This document shows, piece after piece, positions 17,788-22,854 of a stretch of DNA of 22,854 nt (positions are counted from its first letter, which is position 1; the number at the start of each line of letters is the position of its first letter). The notes under the pieces were generated by a model that worked only from the letters and a program-made list of their open reading frames with translations, made no database searches and was not told the DNA's origin. The stretch comes from a virus (Duplodnaviria; Heunggongvirae; Uroviricota; Caudoviricetes). The DNA lies in IMG/VR virus record IMGVR_UViG_644736359_000002. The stretch is one strand, 5' to 3'. Made by a program: the position numbers and the translations under genes.

Positions 17788-20133
17788 ATGGCAGTACAGA
17801 TTTCAGGTGTGCTGAAAGATGGTGCGGGAAAACCAATACAGAACTGCACTATTCAACTGAAGGCAAAGCGTAACAGCACCACGGTACTGGTGAACACGGT
17901 GGCCTCTGAAAATCCGGATGAAGCCGGGCGTTACAGCATGGATGTTGAGCATGGCCAGTACAGCGTCACCCTGCTGGTTGAAGGTTTTCCGCCTTCACAT
18001 GCCGGAACCATTACCGTCTATGAAGGTTCCAGACCAGGTACGCTGAATGATTTTCTCGGTGCCATGACGGAAGATGATGTCATGCCGGAGGCATTGCGTC
18101 GTTTTGAGGCAATGGTGGAAGAAGCGGCACGCAACGCCGAAGCCGCCTCTCAGAGCGCAGCGGCGGCAAAGAAATCCGAAACTGCAGCGGCATCATCGAA
18201 GAACGCGGCGAAAACCTCAGAAACGAATGCAGCTAACAGCGCACAGGCGGCAGCGTCCTCGCAGACTGCATCGGCAAACTCCGCGACAGCAGCCAAAAAA
18301 TCAGAAACCAACGCGAAAAACAGCGAGACAGCCGCAAAGACGAGCGAAACCAACGCAAAGTCCAGCCAGACGGCAGCGAAAACCAGCGAAACGAATGCCA
18401 AAGCCAGTGAAACTGCGGCGAAAAATAGCCAGAATGCAGCAGCCGAAAGCGAGAGCGCGGCAGCCGGTTCTGCGACTGCAGCAGCTGGATCAGCAACTGC
18501 TGCGGCTAACAGCCAGAAAGCAGCGAAGACGAGCGAAACTAACGCAAAGTCCAGCCAGACGGCAGCGAAGACCAGCGAAACAAATGCCAAAGCCAGCGAA
18601 ACTGCGGCGAAAAGCAGTCAGGATGCAGCAGCCGAAAGCGAGAGTGCTGCAGCTGGTTCTGCAAGTGCGGCGGCTGCTTCTGCCACTGCATCAGCAAACA
18701 GTCAAAAAGCTGCAAAAACCAGTGAAACCAATGCAAAGACAAGCGAGACTGCAGCGGCGAACTCGGCGCAAGCATCGGCAGCAAGCCAGACAGCAGCTAA
18801 AGCAAGTGAGGATGCAGCCAGAGAGTATGCAAGCCAGGCAGCAGAGCCGTATAAATATGTCTTACAGCCACTGCCTGATGTGTGGATACCGTTTAACGAT
18901 TCACTGGATATGCTTGCTGGCTTTTCGCCTGGTTATAAGCAAATAACCGTAGGTGATGATGTTATTAAAATGCCATCCGATAAGGTTGTTAGCTTCAAAC
19001 GCGCATCAGGTGCAACATACATTAATAAATCAGGTGTATTAACCGTTGCTGAAGTTGACGAACCGCGATTTGAACGAGAAGGTTTGCTGATTGAAGGACA
19101 GAGAACAAACTATTTCAGAAATTCAAATACACCAGAAGCATGGAATAACACGGGTAGTGTGTCTGTTGAGTCGTTCGACAGTGATAAGGGGTTTAACTAT
19201 GGAAGGATAACTGTTATTAATGAAAATCCGACAGCACAAGGATATCAGGCAATTGCTGTAAACACGAATGATGCTTACACCTGCCCGGCAGGTTCTTATA
19301 CGACGATATCGTGTCTGACGAAAAGTGATAATTCCCGGTGTCGTGCAAGGTTCGGAAAAATGTCTGATAATGGTGCGTTTGTTTTTCATTCAGATGCAGT
19401 TCTGGATCCTGTTACGGGAAATGTTGTTCATGGAAATAATGTGACGGTGACGGCAGAAAGAGTCGGTGAATGGTGGTTGTTTACCGCCACTCTTTTTGCA
19501 GATGCGGAAATGATAATCAGCTCAAGATTTGAAATCCTGGCGATGCCTGGAATCAGTATTATCCCCAATGGCTCTACGTTAGATATTGCGATGCCTCAGG
19601 CGGAGATTGGGTCGTACAGGACGTCATTTATCATTACTGAAGGGGCTCCTGGCACTCGCTCCAGCGACATGGTGACAATACCTGTAAGAAACAATATTCA
19701 CCGATTACCATTCAGTGCTCTTGTTGAAGTTAATAAAAACTGGGATATCCCTCCCAGCAAATCACCATTAATCTTTAATGTTAAAGATTATCAGGAAAAT
19801 GGTCTGTTCACGCATGGATTCCGTGGTAATAATTTCTCTGATGCCGGTTCTCCTTTTATTTCTATGGGAGGGTGTAATAAATATGTGGCAACAACCCAGA
19901 GGAAAATCATTTCAGGCTTCCGTTGTGGCGCTGATGGAGATGTTCAGGCCGTATGTAATGGTGAATTATCTGTTGCGGCAAAAACAACATGGACTTCAAT
20001 TGTTCCACGGGCAGTATTGCGAATTGGAGGGCAGGGCACTAATGGGGAGTATCATCTTTTTGGTCATATCCGTAATCTGCGTATCTGGCATAAAGAATTA
20101 ACTGATGCGCAAATGGGGGAGAGTATTAAATGA
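17788..20133 (+). CDS. Side tail fibre protein, mosaic: lambda Stf-like N-terminus, Ala/Ser/Thr-rich repeat region, C-terminal domain with a LamG/concanavalin-like signature
   Basis: MAVQISGVLKDGAGKPIQNCTIQLKAKRNSTTV... resembles the lambda Stf N-terminus as recalled; GGAG RBS before the ATG at 17788; C-terminus ...NGEYHLFGHIRNLRIWHKELTDAQM resembles the LamG-type domain tail motif. Confidence 0.8.
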   Translation: MAVQISGVLKDGAGKPIQNCTIQLKAKRNSTTVLVNTVASENPDEAGRYSMDVEHGQYSVTLLVEGFPPSHAGTITVYEGSRPGTLNDFLGAMTEDDVMPEALRRFEAMVEEAARNAEAASQSAAAAKKSETAAASSKNAAKTSETNAANSAQAAASSQTASANSATAAKKSETNAKNSETAAKTSETNAKSSQTAAKTSETNAKASETAAKNSQNAAAESESAAAGSATAAAGSATAAANSQKAAKTSETNAKSSQTAAKTSETNAKASETAAKSSQDAAAESESAAAGSASAAAASATASANSQKAAKTSETNAKTSETAAANSAQASAASQTAAKASEDAAREYASQAAEPYKYVLQPLPDVWIPFNDSLDMLAGFSPGYKQITVGDDVIKMPSDKVVSFKRASGATYINKSGVLTVAEVDEPRFEREGLLIEGQRTNYFRNSNTPEAWNNTGSVSVESFDSDKGFNYGRITVINENPTAQGYQAIAVNTNDAYTCPAGSYTTISCLTKSDNSRCRARFGKMSDNGAFVFHSDAVLDPVTGNVVHGNNVTVTAERVGEWWLFTATLFADAEMIISSRFEILAMPGISIIPNGSTLDIAMPQAEIGSYRTSFIITEGAPGTRSSDMVTIPVRNNIHRLPFSALVEVNKNWDIPPSKSPLIFNVKDYQENGLFTHGFRGNNFSDAGSPFISMGGCNKYVATTQRKIISGFRCGADGDVQAVCNGELSVAAKTTWTSIVPRAVLRIGGQGTNGEYHLFGHIRNLRIWHKELTDAQMGESIK
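18352..18729 (+). repeat. Tandem duplication, 2 x 189 bp (63 codons), within the tail-fibre gene
   Basis: Unit beginning AACGCAAAGTCCAGCCAGACGGCAGCG recurs at 18352 and 18541; the copies encode near-identical TNAKSSQTAAKTSETNAKASETAAK... segments. Confidence 0.8.
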
Positions 20134-20411
20134 AAGATTTAACACTCAAATTTGCAGACAGGGCCGACTTTTCGGCCTTTATGGAGAGTATTGGCTATTA
20201 TGATGACGAGTCGATGCAGGATGATATTCTTATTGACGTGATAGGTAACGTGTACAAAGAAACCGGAGAACTGACTGAAGATGGCGAACCGGTATGTGTT
20301 AAGGAAGACGGATATTTTGTAAACGTGCGCATCATTAATGATGTAAAAAAATCGTCAATATTCGATAAATACGCGGTTGTTGTTGAGCATCAACTTCGTG
20401 GCTGGATGTGA
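20130..20411 (+). CDS. Hypothetical acidic protein (93 aa), translationally coupled to the tail-fibre gene
   Basis: ATG overlaps the stf stop (ATGA); no family recognised. Confidence 0.55.
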   Translation: MKDLTLKFADRADFSAFMESIGYYDDESMQDDILIDVIGNVYKETGELTEDGEPVCVKEDGYFVNVRIINDVKKSSIFDKYAVVVEHQLRGWM

Positions 20412-20420
20412 GGGAGACAA

Positions 20421-21125
20421 ATGGCTACATCGACAGTAATTCCAGGAGATATCACCACGCTAAAGGGAGATGTCAGTAAAACTAAGGAAGATATTTCCTC
20501 AATTAACGGAAAAGTATCAACGCTTCAGACTGATATGACCAGTGCAAAGCAGGATATCAGCACCAGATACACAAAAACTGAAGTTGATAATAAGCTGAAA
20601 AACAAACTGGAAGTGAACGATCTGGAAAGCGGTCGTTATGGTGGAGATTTTTACCCGTTGACTGGCCGTGAAGCGTTTTATATGTGGGGATTGGGCACGA
20701 CTACAGCGGCGGCAAACCTTTATCTTAATCCTGACCCTGCAATTTCGTCTGTACTGCGGTCAACATCGTCTATTCGCTATAAACATTCAGTAGAGACGAT
20801 AGATTCAGAGCACGCCGATCTCATTTTCAGGATGCGCCCTGTGTGGTACAGGTCGCAATGCGAAAATGACAGGCGTGACTGGGGATTCTACGGATTGATT
20901 GCCGAGGAAGTAGGAGAAATTGCCCCTCAGTTTGTACACTGGCGACCAGCTAACGAAGATGATGCTCCTGAAGCTATTTCCAGCAATGGCCTTGTTGCCG
21001 AAGGTGTAATGTACGAACGTCTGGTTGTTCCACTGATTCACCATATCCAGAAGCTGACTGAAAGAGTTGATGAACTTGAGTCAGAATTAAAGTTGTTATC
21101 CGTTTCCCGAAGCGATATCGGATAA
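20421..21125 (+). CDS. Short fibre-like protein with C-terminal intramolecular-chaperone (peptidase S74-like) domain, 234 aa
   Basis: GAGGGAGA RBS; N-terminal heptad-like segment; C-terminal SIRYKHSVETI...WGFYGLIAEEVGEIAPQFV...GVMYERLVVPLIHHIQKLTERVDELESEL fits the autoproteolytic chaperone domain of tail fibres/tailspikes. Confidence 0.65.
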   Translation: MATSTVIPGDITTLKGDVSKTKEDISSINGKVSTLQTDMTSAKQDISTRYTKTEVDNKLKNKLEVNDLESGRYGGDFYPLTGREAFYMWGLGTTTAAANLYLNPDPAISSVLRSTSSIRYKHSVETIDSEHADLIFRMRPVWYRSQCENDRRDWGFYGLIAEEVGEIAPQFVHWRPANEDDAPEAISSNGLVAEGVMYERLVVPLIHHIQKLTERVDELESELKLLSVSRSDIG

Positions 21126-21135
21126 AGGAGGAGTA

Positions 21136-21429
21136 ATGGATATAACACCTTTCCTTCATGCGCTTTGTGCTGTGGCTGCGCAGCTACTGATTGGTCTTTT
21201 TACCGGGAACTGGGCTTACGGGGCGATAGCCGGTTGTACGTTCTTCATTGCGCGTGAACACACCCAGGCAGAATATCGCTGGATCGAAATGTTCGGGCAT
21301 GGCAAGCGAATGAATATGCCGTGGTGGGGCGGTTTTGATACACGTGCATGGGATGTGGCAAGCCTGATGGATTTTGCTGTGCCGGTGGTGGCGTGTCTGC
21401 TGGTCTGGCTGTTGGTTAATCGTGGGTGA
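21136..21429 (+). CDS. Small predicted membrane protein (97 aa, two hydrophobic segments)
   Basis: Strong AAGGAGG RBS 6 nt before the ATG; hydrophobic N- and C-terminal segments; overlapping - strand ORFs judged spurious. Confidence 0.6.
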   Translation: MDITPFLHALCAVAAQLLIGLFTGNWAYGAIAGCTFFIAREHTQAEYRWIEMFGHGKRMNMPWWGGFDTRAWDVASLMDFAVPVVACLLVWLLVNRG

Positions 21430-22104
21430 AAAAAGGTGAGCTGTATATGCAACGGAGGAAGAAAACTCGTTGCTGGAAGCCTGGAAAAAGTATCGGGTGC
21501 TGCTAAACCGTGTGGACACTTCCGTAGCACCAGATATCGAGTGGCTTATTCAACCATAATAAACAGTATGTATATCATAGGTTATTAATTGTGAGTTTTT
21601 TCGGTGTGTTATTTGTTTGTTTGATGTTATGCTTTTGCGCCCCAAAAGGTTGTTTAGATGTATTTTATCAATTGATTTTCAATGTCGTTTAATAAAGAAA
21701 AATTAAGCAAGCTGGATGTTGGTTTTTTGTTAATTGAATGGTTCTAATAATGTTTTTTTACTGTTGTTGAATGTGACTTGATAAGAAATGCAAGTAAAAA
21801 TGATACTCTTTTTATTTTAAATTCAAACGGTTGACATATATATAGCAAGAGGTTTCAGGTGCGTTGTAGTGAGTTTATGTTAATAAAAAGTATAGTAAGC
21901 GTTGAAAAATGTAACTTTGAAATACGTTAGAATAAAAAACAATATACATATAATAATTTAATCTTAAATGAAATTTATTAAAATTTGCAAACTATAATTT
22001 TGTGTATAAAAATATAAATGCACATCATCCTGATTATGATTGTGTATTTAATTGGTTGTTATTTGACTGCTATCAACTTGTTTTAATTTTATGATAGGTG
22101 CAAG

Positions 22105-22854
22105 ATGGATTATGTTTGCTCCGTAGTTTTCATCTGTCAATCATTTGATTTAATTATAAACAGGAGAGTTATCTCGTTCAAAAAAAATTCATTGTTTATT
22201 GTAAGCGACAAAATTAGAAGGGAGTTACCAGTATGCCCCTCTAAACTAAGAATTGTTGATATAGATAAGAAAACATGTTTATCCTTTTTTATCGACGTGA
22301 ATAATGAGCTGCCTGGCAAATTTACTCTTGATAAGAATGGCTATATTGCTGAAGAGGAACCTCCATTATCGCTTGTTTTTTCTCTGTTTGAAGGGATTAA
22401 AATAGCAGACTCACACTCCCTTTGGTTAAAAGAAAGACTATGTATATCCTTACTTGCCATGTTCAAAAAACGCGAAAGTGTAAATTCATTTATACTAACA
22501 AATATAAATACATTTACCTGTAAAATTACTGGAATAATCAGTTTTAATATTGAGCGGCAATGGCATTTAAAAGATATTGCGGAATTGATTTATACGAGTG
22601 AAAGTTTAATAAAAAAAAGATTAAGGGATGAAGGAACGTCATTTACTGAAATATTGAGAGATACTAGGATGAGGTATGCAAAAAAACTCATAACTTCAAA
22701 CTCTTATTCTATCAATGTCGTAGCCCAGAAATGTGGCTATAACAGTACTTCATATTTCATATGTGCATTTAAAGATTATTATGGTGTCACGCCATCTCAT
22801 TATTTTGAGAAAATAATCGGCGTCACAGATGGAATAAACAAAACAATTGACTGA
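22105..22854 (+). CDS. appY: AraC-family transcriptional activator AppY (249 aa)
   Basis: [36 protein letters not shown]... recognised as AppY; C-terminal AraC HTH; AGGTG RBS; long AT-rich upstream region. Confidence 0.92.

Noticed and set aside
18074-18946. 290-aa Arg/Gln-rich + strand ORF and several - strand ORFs (18150-18784) across the tail-fibre repeat region
   Set aside because: Alternate-frame and antisense artefacts of the repetitive GC-rich fibre sequence; the Stf-like frame has the RBS and the homology.
21184-21530. Two - strand ORFs (111 and 104 aa) overlapping the 97-aa membrane-protein gene
   Set aside because: Low-complexity translations without RBS; the + strand gene has a strong AAGGAGG RBS and membrane-protein character.
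1-22854. CRISPR array or rRNA/tRNA genes
   Set aside because: No regularly spaced direct repeats beyond the 2 x 189-bp coding repeat and the IS1 duplication; no rRNA-like or tRNA-like sequence seen.

Overview
The window reads as one defective lambdoid prophage of the DLP12 type, running from a tyrosine integrase whose stop codon is at position 1 to the AraC-family regulator gene appY at the right edge. All protein identifications are by recall of known sequences, not a database search. Order: int/xis (- strand), several small early-left ORFs, a 5'-truncated N6-adenine methyltransferase fragment abutting a C-terminal fragment of replication protein P, ren, then a visibly AT-rich cargo block (emrE, large serine recombinase ybcK, PEBP-family ybcL, AraC-family ybcM), a Nin-region-like block (ybcN, ninE, ybcO, rusA, ylcG, antiterminator quuD), a hairpin-rich Q leader, an nmpC-like porin gene split by a complete IS1 with 9-bp target duplications, a phage-21-type lysis cassette (pinholin essD, SAR endolysin rrrD, spanins rzpD/rzoD), bor, a lambda-type cos site with Nu1, a deletion junction fusing Nu1 to an N-terminally truncated J, a mosaic side-tail-fibre gene with a 2 x 189-bp tandem repeat, and three small distal ORFs. 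No tRNA, rRNA or CRISPR array was seen. The most interesting points are the retained cos/Nu1 packaging module alongside intact int/xis in a prophage lacking all head genes, the AT-rich serine-recombinase island with a 50-bp palindromic site, and the mosaic tail-fibre module.
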